Notes: a model not told the origin generated them from the letters alone. Counted from the first letter of the stretch, positions 18,693 through 27,483 are shown. The stretch: DNA of 64,000 nucleotides from an uncultured Pseudomonadales bacterium (GCA_964635905.1 CAZWPK010000001.1:155863-219862); one strand, 5' to 3'. Numbers and translations: made by a program.

Positions 18693-19868
18693 ATGATTAA
18701 CAGAGCAATTTCTCACAAAATCAAAGAGCTTCATCGAAAATACCCGGTGGTTTCTATCGTGGGCCCAAGACAATCTGGGAAAACTAGCTTGGCACAATAT
18801 CTTTTCCCTAACCATACTTACCATAATTTAGAAAATCTGGATATCTTGAGTCTGGCGAAGAGTGATCCAAAGGGTTTTCTTAAAATAGGCTCAGGAGAGC
18901 GTTTTGTTATTGATGAAATTCAAAAATTTCCAGATTTACTTTCTTATATTCAAGTTGAAGTTGATAGTCAAAAAAAAGATGGACAATTTGTCATCACTGG
19001 ATCACAGAATTTTTCAATTGCAGAAGGCATTTCACAATCATTGGCCGGGAGAGTTGCAAATTTTGTTTTATTACCTCTAACTCATGAAGAAATTACTACC
19101 AGTGAATATTCAAATCCTGTCGCAAACACAATCCAACAAATCATACTAAATGGTTTTTATCCTAGACCTCTGGTAAAAAATATCCAACCAGAGGATTTTT
19201 ATCGTGATTACTTAAGTACATACATCGAGCGAGATGTTCGGCAAATAAAAAACATCGGTGATCTGAGCACTTTTCAGAAATTCTTACAACTTTTAGCAGG
19301 GAGGGTAGGGCAACTTGTTAACTTTTCTTCCCTAGCCAATGATGTGGGGGTGAACTATAAAACGATCGAGTCTTGGTTAAGCATTTTGGAAGCCAGTTAT
19401 GTTGTTTACACGTTGCAGCCCTATTATGAGAATTATGGTAAAAGAGTCATTAAAAGTCCTAAAGTGTATTTTTATGATGTTGGTTTATTATGTCACCTCT
19501 TAAAAATTAATTCTGTTCATGAGCTTGAATCACATTTTGCATATGGTCAAATCTTTGAAAATTTTGTCATTACAGAAATGATTAAAACCAATTTCAATTT
19601 AAGAAAGAATGAGCAAGTCTACTTTTGGAGAGACAGTAATAGTAACGAGATTGATGCAGTGATTGATTCAGGCGAAAATAAACATGGAGTTGAGATCAAA
19701 GCTGGGAGTACTTTTAATATTGACATGCTTAAAGGACTATCGCAATGGCAATCACTAAATCCATCTAAAAATACTCCCACTCATCTGGTCTATAACGGAG
19801 AGCAGGAGCAAAAGGTACGAGATCATCAAGTTGTGAATTGGAAAACATTTCTAAGCAGTTTGAATTAA
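18693..19868 (+). CDS. AAA-family ATPase with DUF4143-type C-terminal domain (COG1373-like)
   Basis: Walker A 'GPRQSGKTSL'. Walker B-like 'RFVIDEIQKFPDL'. Overall architecture typical of the ATPase/DUF4143 family. Start moved to ATG 18693 ('MINRAISHKIKELHRKYPVVSIVGPRQSGKT'). Confidence 0.75.
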   Translation: MINRAISHKIKELHRKYPVVSIVGPRQSGKTSLAQYLFPNHTYHNLENLDILSLAKSDPKGFLKIGSGERFVIDEIQKFPDLLSYIQVEVDSQKKDGQFVITGSQNFSIAEGISQSLAGRVANFVLLPLTHEEITTSEYSNPVANTIQQIILNGFYPRPLVKNIQPEDFYRDYLSTYIERDVRQIKNIGDLSTFQKFLQLLAGRVGQLVNFSSLANDVGVNYKTIESWLSILEASYVVYTLQPYYENYGKRVIKSPKVYFYDVGLLCHLLKINSVHELESHFAYGQIFENFVITEMIKTNFNLRKNEQVYFWRDSNSNEIDAVIDSGENKHGVEIKAGSTFNIDMLKGLSQWQSLNPSKNTPTHLVYNGEQEQKVRDHQVVNWKTFLSSLN

Positions 19869-19870
19869 AG

Positions 19871-19910
19871 GGGTTGAATATCTTCTATTAACCCCTGCAA
19901 ACATAGGTTG
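19871..19910 (+). repeat. Degenerate copy of tRNA-Trp 3' end, repeat D (best match)
   Basis: 'GGGGTTGAATATCTTCTATTAACCCCTGCAAACAT' vs tRNA-Trp 'GAGGGTCCGATTCCTTCCGCCCCTGCAAATAT'. Begins 3 nt after the AAA ATPase stop. Confidence 0.5.
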
Positions 19911-20002
19911 AATCAAAATAATCGATTTTTCTATCAGTCATGCAACTCGCGCACCTTGCTCAAATTTCTTCTGATACTTGATCTGTATAGTATGCTTTAA
20001 CC

Positions 20003-20785
20003 ATGAGTAAAGATAAAATTCTTTCTCCACTTTTTTCAGAAAAGAATGTTAAAAAGAAAACACGTTTCAACTTTTTAGGCATTGGTATCGGCAGAGATAG
20101 GGATAAAAACGGCATTGATAACCAGCTAGACTCCGCGCGTTTTAGAGAATTGATGGGGGAATGGTATAAAGAGGAAAAAACGATACAAAGAGATCGTGAT
20201 GCGGGAAGAAAAGTCTCAAGGGAAGATGTTCAAAGAATTGACCGTCTCCGACTAAGAATTATCACTGAATGTATTCAGATTTTGGAGAAATGTAACAGTC
20301 CTAGATCCTACAGGAATTTATTAGAGACAGCAGCGTGCCTTTATTATGAGGCTGCAAGATTCCGTAGTTATGAGCTTATCGAAATTGCTCAGAAATACGA
20401 GCAAATAGCGGTACACCAACTTAAATTGCAAAAACCAACAGAAAATGTGAGCAATTTATTTAAAGGCTTGCCGAGAGCAAGGGACTTAAATCATGAGCTT
20501 AGTGCGATTGTAACTGGTGACGCTCGCTTTGACGAGGCTAAAATTAAAAGGATCTCAGGAGAGCTTATTGCACTTTACTATGCCTATGATGAGAACAAGT
20601 TAGCTCCCTATGACATGGGGAGAATTAAGTTTGACTATAGTACGGAACATATCGAGTTTAACGTCTTAAGTCTAGGAGGATGGATTATTGCTCAGCTAGT
20701 ATTAGAAGCACATAGTTTAGGTATCACGGATTTTTCCTCTTATATTCTCTTAAGGAACAGGATAGAGGACTTTCCGAAACGGTGA
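20003..20785 (+). CDS. Hypothetical protein
   Basis: 260-aa ORF. No motif recognised. Confidence 0.4.
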   Translation: MSKDKILSPLFSEKNVKKKTRFNFLGIGIGRDRDKNGIDNQLDSARFRELMGEWYKEEKTIQRDRDAGRKVSREDVQRIDRLRLRIITECIQILEKCNSPRSYRNLLETAACLYYEAARFRSYELIEIAQKYEQIAVHQLKLQKPTENVSNLFKGLPRARDLNHELSAIVTGDARFDEAKIKRISGELIALYYAYDENKLAPYDMGRIKFDYSTEHIEFNVLSLGGWIIAQLVLEAHSLGITDFSSYILLRNRIEDFPKR

Positions 20786-20867
20786 AACCTAAGAAATCGA
20801 AAGATTTTCTCTCAAGCAGAGAACCAATCAACAATCTCACTGAGTAAGGAACGTTCTAGTGAAATAA

Positions 20868-21545
20868 CCTGACCATCTAGTGCGGATACAGTCTCCAGTT
20901 ACTATTGCAGATTAAGAAGCAGAGAAGAGTATTCGCTCAATTATTTCCACTGCATTCCCAGACCATCGAATTCTAGGAGAGGAAGAGGGGACTAACACCT
21001 CGGATTTTTCGTATTTATGGATCATTGATCCAATTGATGCAACAAAGAACTATTTACGACACATCCCACTTTTTGCTACCCAGCTTGCGCTGATGAAGGA
21101 TGGAGAAGTGATTCTTGGAGTATCGAACTCTCCTGAAATTGGCGAACTGCTGTATGCGGAGAAAGGACAGGGAACCTATTGCAATGACACAAAAATCTCG
21201 GTCTCACAGAAGTCATCGATTCAAGAAGCATATCTAAGCTATCGTAGTGTCGGATATTTTCAGAGAAGCGGTCGCATGGAACAGTTTTTGAAGCTAGAAA
21301 ACGACACGCAGGCTCATCGTGGCTTTGGAGATTTTTGGGGATACCATCTATTGGCCCAAGGGAAAGTAGACATTATGCTGGAAGGGAATACGAAGCTGTG
21401 GGACGTTGCGGCAGTATCCATTCTTGTCAGCGAGGCAGGGGGAACGGTCACAGATTTTGAAGGGAACCCCATCAACGAATCCACAACATCCATTATTGCC
21501 ACAAATGGACACCTTCATACTGCAGTGGCAGGATACTTTTTCTAA
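20868..21545 (+). pseudogene. Inositol monophosphatase (SuhB/IMPase) family pseudogene: 5'-truncated with in-frame TAA
   Basis: In-frame translation '..PVTIAD*EAEKSIRSIISTAFPDHRILGEEEG...WIIDPIDATKNYL' matches IMPase motifs (DLVTEAD.AAE..I...YP.H.ILGEE; WIIDPIDGT.NF). TAA at 20913-20915. First ~40 codons absent. The intact-looking part is ORF 21093-21545. Confidence 0.6.
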
Positions 21546-21571
21546 TCTTGAACTAACTGGACAATATTTCC

Positions 21572-22570
21572 TTGCACCAATCATCGGTGGCTCGGCATGC
21601 AAAATTCCTCTGGTATACTCAAACAATGACAATTATTTCCTTTTTAAATCCAGTTAATCTTGCACAAGAAAAAGAAAAATTCTTCAATTCTGACTCGTAT
21701 CATCCGCAGCTTTGCTATGACTGGAATGAACAAGAGATCGCAGCCTGGATAAACCGGGAACCTGAATATGCTTCCTTTTCAAAAGCCATACTTTCACAAG
21801 ATAGCGACGCCATTGAAAAGGAGGGTAGACATGCGTTCTCAACTGTAATGGATCCTCAGTTGCTTAACCTAGCTACCACTGTTACTTCGAAGCCTCCACA
21901 ACTCTTTTCTACTCCGGATATAAGTAAAGTTGTATCCTCTTTTGAAGATGCCTTTTCCTTTTTTGGACTAGACTACACGATTGAAGTGAGCGAAGCACAT
22001 GGCTTTAACTTTAGACCTGTCCATGAGGAAAAGAAAATTGTTGTGAGTACACATCTAAACATGCAGTTTTTTTCCCTTGATGGAGAGATTAAGCACGAGT
22101 TGTTGCATGTGATTCGAAATGTAAACACACAATCTTCCTCTATTCCATTTTCAGCAAACTACTTACCAACCGAAGAAGGATTGGCAACCTACTTTCAAGA
22201 TTATGTGGGCTTACATGGCGAATCCTCGTTATTCCAACATGCGGCTGAATATGTCATGACGAACACTGCCTTACATGGGTCGTTACGCGATATCACTGCC
22301 TTTTTGCAAACCATTGGGTTTAGCAAAGAACTGGCATGGCAACGCGCTATTCGTCACAAATTCGGTTTCATTGATACGGCCCAACCCGGTGACAATCTGA
22401 AACCAAGTATGTATTTCTATTGGCAACAAAAAATAAAAGCCATCTCTGATGCCGAAAAGCTACGATTACTATCAGGAAAGATTAGGCTTGATGAGCTAAC
22501 AAACTATCCGACTTATTCAGGAATCATTCCCAAAGAGAAATGCATACAATTTTATGCGTTGTCCATCTAA
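21572..22570 (+). CDS. HExxH metallopeptidase-like protein resembling DUF1704 / QEGLA-motif family
   Basis: 'IKHELLHVIRN' (HExxH) followed by 'PTEEGLATYFQ' (QEGLA-like). 332 aa. Confidence 0.4.
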   Translation: MHQSSVARHAKFLWYTQTMTIISFLNPVNLAQEKEKFFNSDSYHPQLCYDWNEQEIAAWINREPEYASFSKAILSQDSDAIEKEGRHAFSTVMDPQLLNLATTVTSKPPQLFSTPDISKVVSSFEDAFSFFGLDYTIEVSEAHGFNFRPVHEEKKIVVSTHLNMQFFSLDGEIKHELLHVIRNVNTQSSSIPFSANYLPTEEGLATYFQDYVGLHGESSLFQHAAEYVMTNTALHGSLRDITAFLQTIGFSKELAWQRAIRHKFGFIDTAQPGDNLKPSMYFYWQQKIKAISDAEKLRLLSGKIRLDELTNYPTYSGIIPKEKCIQFYALSI

Positions 22571-22684
22571 AAAGGCATTCCGATCGCTTTGTTAGTTGCT
22601 AGCGGGGGGAAAAGAGAGCTTCTAGTGGGTCTAATGGACAACAGGCACTTGAAAAGCACATAGAAAGCACTATAATAGTCCCAT

Positions 22685-22939
22685 ATGGATACAACTGGAA
22701 CTCAAGTAAAAGTGACACTCCCTGATCCTCTCTACGAGTATGCAAGTAGTAAGGCAGGGAAGTTTGGGATTACCCTTTCCTCGTATATTAAAAACCTCAT
22801 TCTTAATGATGTTAAAGATATGGACTTTCCTGTCTATCAAGCATCCAAAAAGACTGAAGCGTCGTATCAGAAAGCAGTCCAAGAGAAAAACGAAGCTACT
22901 GAAGTTAAAAATATTAATGCTTTTTTTGACACGTTATGA
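22685..22939 (+). CDS. RHH-type antitoxin (ParD/RelB-like)
   Basis: 'VKVTLPDPLYEYASSKAGKFGITLSSYIKNLI' ribbon-helix-helix pattern. 84 aa. ATGA overlap with downstream toxin gene. Confidence 0.5.
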   Translation: MDTTGTQVKVTLPDPLYEYASSKAGKFGITLSSYIKNLILNDVKDMDFPVYQASKKTEASYQKAVQEKNEATEVKNINAFFDTL

Positions 22940-23202
22940 AAAGAATAACGTTTAGTCCAACGTTTCAAAAAAAACTGAAGATCCTTCACAGAAAAGATAA
23001 AAATCTTATTGAGAAGATTAGAAAACAGCTTCTTTTGTTTCAAGAGAACCCTAAGCATCCCTCATTACGTCTTCACAAATTGAAAGGCGACTTACAAAAT
23101 ACCTGGAGTTTATCTATAACAATGAGTTTCCGACTGCTTTATACTGAAGACACCGAATACTATTTTTTTGACATGGGCGAGCATGATGAGATTTATCGAT
23201 AA
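22936..23202 (+). CDS. RelE/ParE-family type II toxin
   Basis: 88 aa, '...NPKHPSLRLHKLKGDLQNTWSLSITMSFRLLY' typical RelE/ParE core. Operon partner of upstream RHH protein. Confidence 0.6.
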   Translation: MKRITFSPTFQKKLKILHRKDKNLIEKIRKQLLLFQENPKHPSLRLHKLKGDLQNTWSLSITMSFRLLYTEDTEYYFFDMGEHDEIYR

Positions 23203-23225
23203 GATAAATTTGCTACAATGCAGTT

Positions 23226-23876
23226 ATGATTAAAGCTGTTGTGTTCGATCTCGATGATACGTTGTTACAGACACGGGAGACAAAGTTTGCCGCCATCAAA
23301 TATGCGGGTGAGCACTTCTATGGTCAATCCATCTCCGATGAAACCATCAACAGCCACTGGGGAAAACCATTTCGCGAGTTCACCGCGTTAGTCTTTGGAG
23401 ATGTCGATTCCGTGGACGGCATTATTAGTAACTACAAATCCATTGTTCAGCAATTCAAAAACCGTGAGCATCCAGGTACCGGAGAAACACTTGAACTACT
23501 CTTCCCACACTACAACGTGTGTATCTTAAGCTCAGCCGCACAAAGCTTAGTAATGTACGATTTGGAGACTGCCGGGCTGCCCATCCAGAAGTTTACTTTT
23601 ATCCAGGCAGCCGAGGATACTAAGGTTCATAAACCTGATCCTAAAGTTTTTATTCCTACCTTAAAAGTTCTCCACGATCTTGAAATTGAACCAAACAATG
23701 TTCTCTATGTAGGTGACATTGTGTCTGACTATGTAGCAGCTAACGGGGCAGGAGTGCACTTTAGAGGAATTGCAGATCGGACCATTTCTCAGGCAGAATT
23801 TGAAAAAGCAGGTGCAACCACAATCTTAAGTATTCGTGAGTTACCTACGCTACTTTCTAACTGGACAGCGTCATAA
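23226..23876 (+). CDS. HAD-superfamily hydrolase (phosphatase)
   Basis: Motif I 'VVFDLDDTLL', motif IV 'YVGDIVSDYVAA'. Confidence 0.7.
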   Translation: MIKAVVFDLDDTLLQTRETKFAAIKYAGEHFYGQSISDETINSHWGKPFREFTALVFGDVDSVDGIISNYKSIVQQFKNREHPGTGETLELLFPHYNVCILSSAAQSLVMYDLETAGLPIQKFTFIQAAEDTKVHKPDPKVFIPTLKVLHDLEIEPNNVLYVGDIVSDYVAANGAGVHFRGIADRTISQAEFEKAGATTILSIRELPTLLSNWTAS

Positions 23877-23892
23877 GAAAAAACTTTCCCAT

Positions 23893-24369
23893 ATGTTTAA
23901 TCATGTGACTTCACAGTATCAGTGTCCAATCTGTCTTGGGATCCGAGGCGGCAATGACAACAATACCCTTATTCGTCAGAGTGACATTGTGTATACCGAT
24001 GACCAAGTCATGGTATTCGTCGCTTCCTACTTTATTGAAAGTAACCTAGGACACTTGATTGTAGTTCCTAAACAGCATGTTGAGCACCTCTATGATCTCT
24101 CGGATGAGGTGGGAGCCAGAATTATCTCAGTAGCCCGACACATGGCAATTGCGATGAAACAGGCTTATGAATGTGAAGGGGTAATGCTACTTCAGAATAA
24201 CGAACCTGCTAGCGGACAACATGCATTCCATTTTCATCTCCACCTCTTTCCACGCTATTCCACTGATCAATTTTTTTCTCATGTAGAGAACAAACGTGAA
24301 ACTTCAGCAGAGGAACGATTGCCGTATGCTGAAAAGATTCGAGGGGCGTTATGTGGGCAATCTACCTGA
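23893..24369 (+). CDS. HIT (histidine triad) family protein with N-terminal CxxC
   Basis: Histidine triad 'HFHLHLFPR'. N-terminal 'CPICLG'. Start moved to ATG 23893. Confidence 0.65.
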   Translation: MFNHVTSQYQCPICLGIRGGNDNNTLIRQSDIVYTDDQVMVFVASYFIESNLGHLIVVPKQHVEHLYDLSDEVGARIISVARHMAIAMKQAYECEGVMLLQNNEPASGQHAFHFHLHLFPRYSTDQFFSHVENKRETSAEERLPYAEKIRGALCGQST

Positions 24370-24579
24370 GACGCACAATTGCAATTTAGTATCCACCTAG
24401 GAGGATACATTGTTAGGAAATACTCGTTTCTCAACACGACGTCCATCCTGGGCGAACAACATTCTGCCTTCAGCAAACTAGCAAACTGTACCATTCCATA
24501 ATAAATGTATCTAGACCCATAATTAGAAAGATTGAGTTGTTTGTGTTAAAATGCTCCTCTTATCTGTAGAAAGATTTCT

Positions 24580-24861
24580 ATGACAAAAGAACAACTTACT
24601 GACTTAATCTCCAGTGCAAGAACATATTATGGCTCTCTTGATATGGCCTCAATTCATCCTTTAGTAGTAGAACTATCTGAAGCATTCAGTATTGCTCCAA
24701 CTATTGCGCAAAAGTTAATCGTTGGATTTCCCGCACAAGTTATAGTAGATGGTATTGGACAAGTAACTGTCCCAGACTTAGTGGAAGATGATGACGCCGC
24801 AATACTTGTTCGAGAAGGTAAGATCACAGAATTGGTAAACCGGATCTGTGAACGAAGGTAA
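24580..24861 (+). CDS. Hypothetical protein
   Basis: 93-aa ORF. No motif recognised. Confidence 0.3.
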   Translation: MTKEQLTDLISSARTYYGSLDMASIHPLVVELSEAFSIAPTIAQKLIVGFPAQVIVDGIGQVTVPDLVEDDDAAILVREGKITELVNRICERR

Positions 24862-24934
24862 CGTACGCAGTTCAAACGTCCTCTGTATGAAATAGTTAAA
24901 GTAGTGTACATATGTAGAGGGATCATCACTCACT

Positions 24935-25867
24935 ATGTCACACACTTTCTTTACACGCCCTCCCGACCAGATTGAGAAACGAACCATTGGGAGAGGGAAA
25001 ACCACCACGATTACCATTTACTCCTTTTTAAAGTCAACGCATGCCTATGCAGAGTCGTTTGGTTTTCAATGGAAACGCTATGCGAAAGTTCAAATTGATC
25101 GTTTCAACGGCACCAAGATTACCAAAAGCCATTTAGAGCAGTTGTTAGGATTCCCGTTATCGAAGCTTAAAAACCAGACAGTGTTGGAAATAGGCTCTGG
25201 AGCCGGCCGCTATACCGATCTTTTTCGTACCCTTGCTCACCATGTCATCACCGTGGACCCCAGCGCTATCGACAGTAATGTCGGAATTGGATCAAGCTCG
25301 GTTACTGCTGTGCGTGCAGACCTCTTTGATCTGCCGATACAACCGGAGAAAATCGACCTGGTGTTCTGTCGAGGAGTCCTGCAGCATACCCAAGATCCCA
25401 TCGCGGCGATTGAGCAACTGTGTAGGTATGCAAAGGTCGGAGGACTGGTAGCCTTTGACGTCTATCCCCGTAACTGGCAATCACTCTTCTATACCAAGTA
25501 TTATCTCCGTGCCATCACCAAACGATTACCCAAAAAACAGTTTGCTAAGTTTCTGGAGCGCAATATCCCGTGGATGCTACGACTAAAAGTAAAATTTCTG
25601 AATCCGCTCTTTCCCGACATCCGTTTCATTCGTGAGATCCCCAACATCGTGTTTCCCATTGCAGACTACACTCGATATAAGCCACTGGCTAGTCTATCGT
25701 TTGAACAGCAGGTCCAATGGTCAATCTTAGATACCTTTGACATGTATACCCCGGAATTTGACACTCCACTCTCGTTTGAAGAAGTCCTTGCAAACCTACC
25801 CAAAAACATGGAAGTTGTTCGAGCGGATCGGGATCAATATCATTTTGTTTTCAAACGGGTGAAATAA
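24935..25867 (+). CDS. Class I SAM-dependent methyltransferase
   Basis: Motif I 'VLEIGSGAGRYTDLF', acidic loop 'VITVDP', motif 'FCRGVLQH'. Confidence 0.7.
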   Translation: MSHTFFTRPPDQIEKRTIGRGKTTTITIYSFLKSTHAYAESFGFQWKRYAKVQIDRFNGTKITKSHLEQLLGFPLSKLKNQTVLEIGSGAGRYTDLFRTLAHHVITVDPSAIDSNVGIGSSSVTAVRADLFDLPIQPEKIDLVFCRGVLQHTQDPIAAIEQLCRYAKVGGLVAFDVYPRNWQSLFYTKYYLRAITKRLPKKQFAKFLERNIPWMLRLKVKFLNPLFPDIRFIREIPNIVFPIADYTRYKPLASLSFEQQVQWSILDTFDMYTPEFDTPLSFEEVLANLPKNMEVVRADRDQYHFVFKRVK

Positions 25868-25922
25868 CACTGTTACCAAGCACACATTTCTTCTTTGAAC
25901 TCCTTTTGGTATTATCCTGATA

Positions 25923-26261
25923 ATGATCATCACAACATCAACGCCATTTACTCTCGAAGAAATTGAACAGTTAAAAGAGCAATTTGAAGTCTATGTGAAA
26001 ACAGTTATCGACATAGAACTGAAACAGTGTAGTGCAGGAATGAATCGTCACTTTCAAGGAGAACAGATTCTGTTATCAACGGGATCCAAACAGAGTAATC
26101 TATGGGGAGGCGGAATTGATTTGGAGACGCTAGAAATTGATTTTAACTCCTTCATTAATATCCGTCCACGAGACAAGAATACGAAAAATGAAATACAAAG
26201 TGAAGAAATTAAAGCACAGTACGAAAAACTGACAAAATATTTTTTCCAGGAAATAGTATGA
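25923..26261 (+). CDS. Hypothetical protein
   Basis: 112-aa ORF. Confidence 0.3.
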   Translation: MIITTSTPFTLEEIEQLKEQFEVYVKTVIDIELKQCSAGMNRHFQGEQILLSTGSKQSNLWGGGIDLETLEIDFNSFINIRPRDKNTKNEIQSEEIKAQYEKLTKYFFQEIV

Positions 26262-26533
26262 ATTCCACACAGATGTTACTCGGCTCATTATCAAATGATC
26301 TTTTTCGAGTTGCTAGTTGCGCTCAACGAGGATCAACGCAAGCTGCATCGAGGTTTTTGACTGAAGCCAAGCGATGGGCAATTTCATTGCAATCACAAAC
26401 CGTGGCTGCGTATATCAAAACTATTGCAAACGATATTGCGCAAAGAGAGGTGAGTGATATCTCAATTGAATCTGCTGAACGGTACCTAATGTACGGAATT
26501 TTGTTGCAAAACTATACGCTTCATCACACCTAG
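26258..26533 (+). CDS. Hypothetical protein
   Basis: 91-aa ORF, ATGA overlap with upstream ORF. Its TAG stop overlaps repeat E. Confidence 0.3.
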   Translation: MNSTQMLLGSLSNDLFRVASCAQRGSTQAASRFLTEAKRWAISLQSQTVAAYIKTIANDIAQREVSDISIESAERYLMYGILLQNYTLHHT

Positions 26534-26565
26534 GTTCAAACGTGTCCCATGAATCCTAATACGCC
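26533..26565 (+). repeat. Degenerate copy of tRNA-Trp 3' end, repeat E
   Basis: 'GGTTCAAACGTGTCCCATGAATCCTAATACGCC' shares the GGTTCRAAC head with repeats A-C. Confidence 0.4.
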
Positions 26566-26883
26566 ATGTCATCCTCACAAAAAACCATAGACTACCTAAT
26601 AGACCAGATGTCGCAAGCAGGGCAAATTCGTACTCGCAAACTGTTTAGTGAGTACGCAATCTATTGCGATTCGAAAGTGGTCGCTTTTGTCTGCGACGAT
26701 GAACTGTTTGTTAAACCTACAGATGCGGGTCGACAGTCTATTGGCTCCGTCGTTGAAAAGCCCGCCTATCCTGGAAGTAAACTATACTTTTGGATCTCTG
26801 GCGATCAATGGGAAGATCCTGACTGGTTATCCCAATTAATTCAACGAACAGCCACAGTCCTACCACTTCCTACCAAGAAATAG
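26566..26883 (+). CDS. TfoX/Sxy N-terminal domain-like protein
   Basis: 'RKLFSEYAIYCDSKVVAFVCDDELFVK' resembles TfoX_N (RKMFGGYGLY.DGKMFALI.DD.LYLK). Confidence 0.45.
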   Translation: MSSSQKTIDYLIDQMSQAGQIRTRKLFSEYAIYCDSKVVAFVCDDELFVKPTDAGRQSIGSVVEKPAYPGSKLYFWISGDQWEDPDWLSQLIQRTATVLPLPTKK

Positions 26884-26944
26884 AAAGTGGAATAGTCAAC
26901 AACTCAAATTAGATACAAAAAACAGCAACGGGGTCATTTTTTGT

Positions 26945-27289
26945 ATGAGAGATTTTTTGGAAGTAATACAACACGCTCGATTTGAGTTTCAAAACCGTAG
27001 AGTCTCAAAGAGTCTTCTTTCCATGTTGTATCAAAAGTACCAGCACATAGAAAATATCGAATTATTTATTGAGAGAGCTTCTGTTTTATTCCCAACTCTT
27101 AATTGTGGAATTGCAAGCGTGTATCTTGAGTATGTACTAGGAACTGGAAGGGTAGTCCAAGGGAAATTCAACACACATCATCACACGTTTCTGTTTATCG
27201 ATGGGATAACCGTCGTAGACATAACTGCTGATCAGTACGCAGGACCAGTAATCTATATTGGCCCACTGAATGTTCCCAGGACAATTTGA
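26945..27289 (+). CDS. Hypothetical protein (intact member of family with pseudogene copy at 15767-16113)
   Basis: 114 aa. 'LFPTLNCGIASVYL...ITADQYAGPVIYIGP' conserved with the pseudogene copy. Confidence 0.45.
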   Translation: MRDFLEVIQHARFEFQNRRVSKSLLSMLYQKYQHIENIELFIERASVLFPTLNCGIASVYLEYVLGTGRVVQGKFNTHHHTFLFIDGITVVDITADQYAGPVIYIGPLNVPRTI

Positions 27290-27298
27290 GCTAGTGTC

Positions 27299-27328
27299 TC
27301 TCCTTCTTTACAGAAGGAGAACATTTTT
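27299..27328 (+). terminator. Candidate intrinsic terminator
   Basis: 8-bp stem TCTCCTTC/GAAGGAGA (27299-27306 / 27313-27320), loop TTTACA, then ACATTTTT. 10 nt after the stop at 27289. Confidence 0.35.
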
Positions 27329-27483
27329 AACTTCAATGAGAATAGCGGTACACTCTCTCTACTTGCAACAAATGGAATATTGCATGACGCCGGATCAAAT
27401 TGTTTCAGCACCTCAACTACAACACCTAAATATTCCTACATTGACATCCTTCTGCACGACCTGTTTTACTTAACCATAGTAGT

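Noticed and set aside
12431-27330. Search for integrase, transposase or excisionase in the island
   Set aside because: No ORF shows tyrosine-recombinase R..HxxR..Y, serine-recombinase, or DDE motifs. Mobility genes are therefore not annotated.
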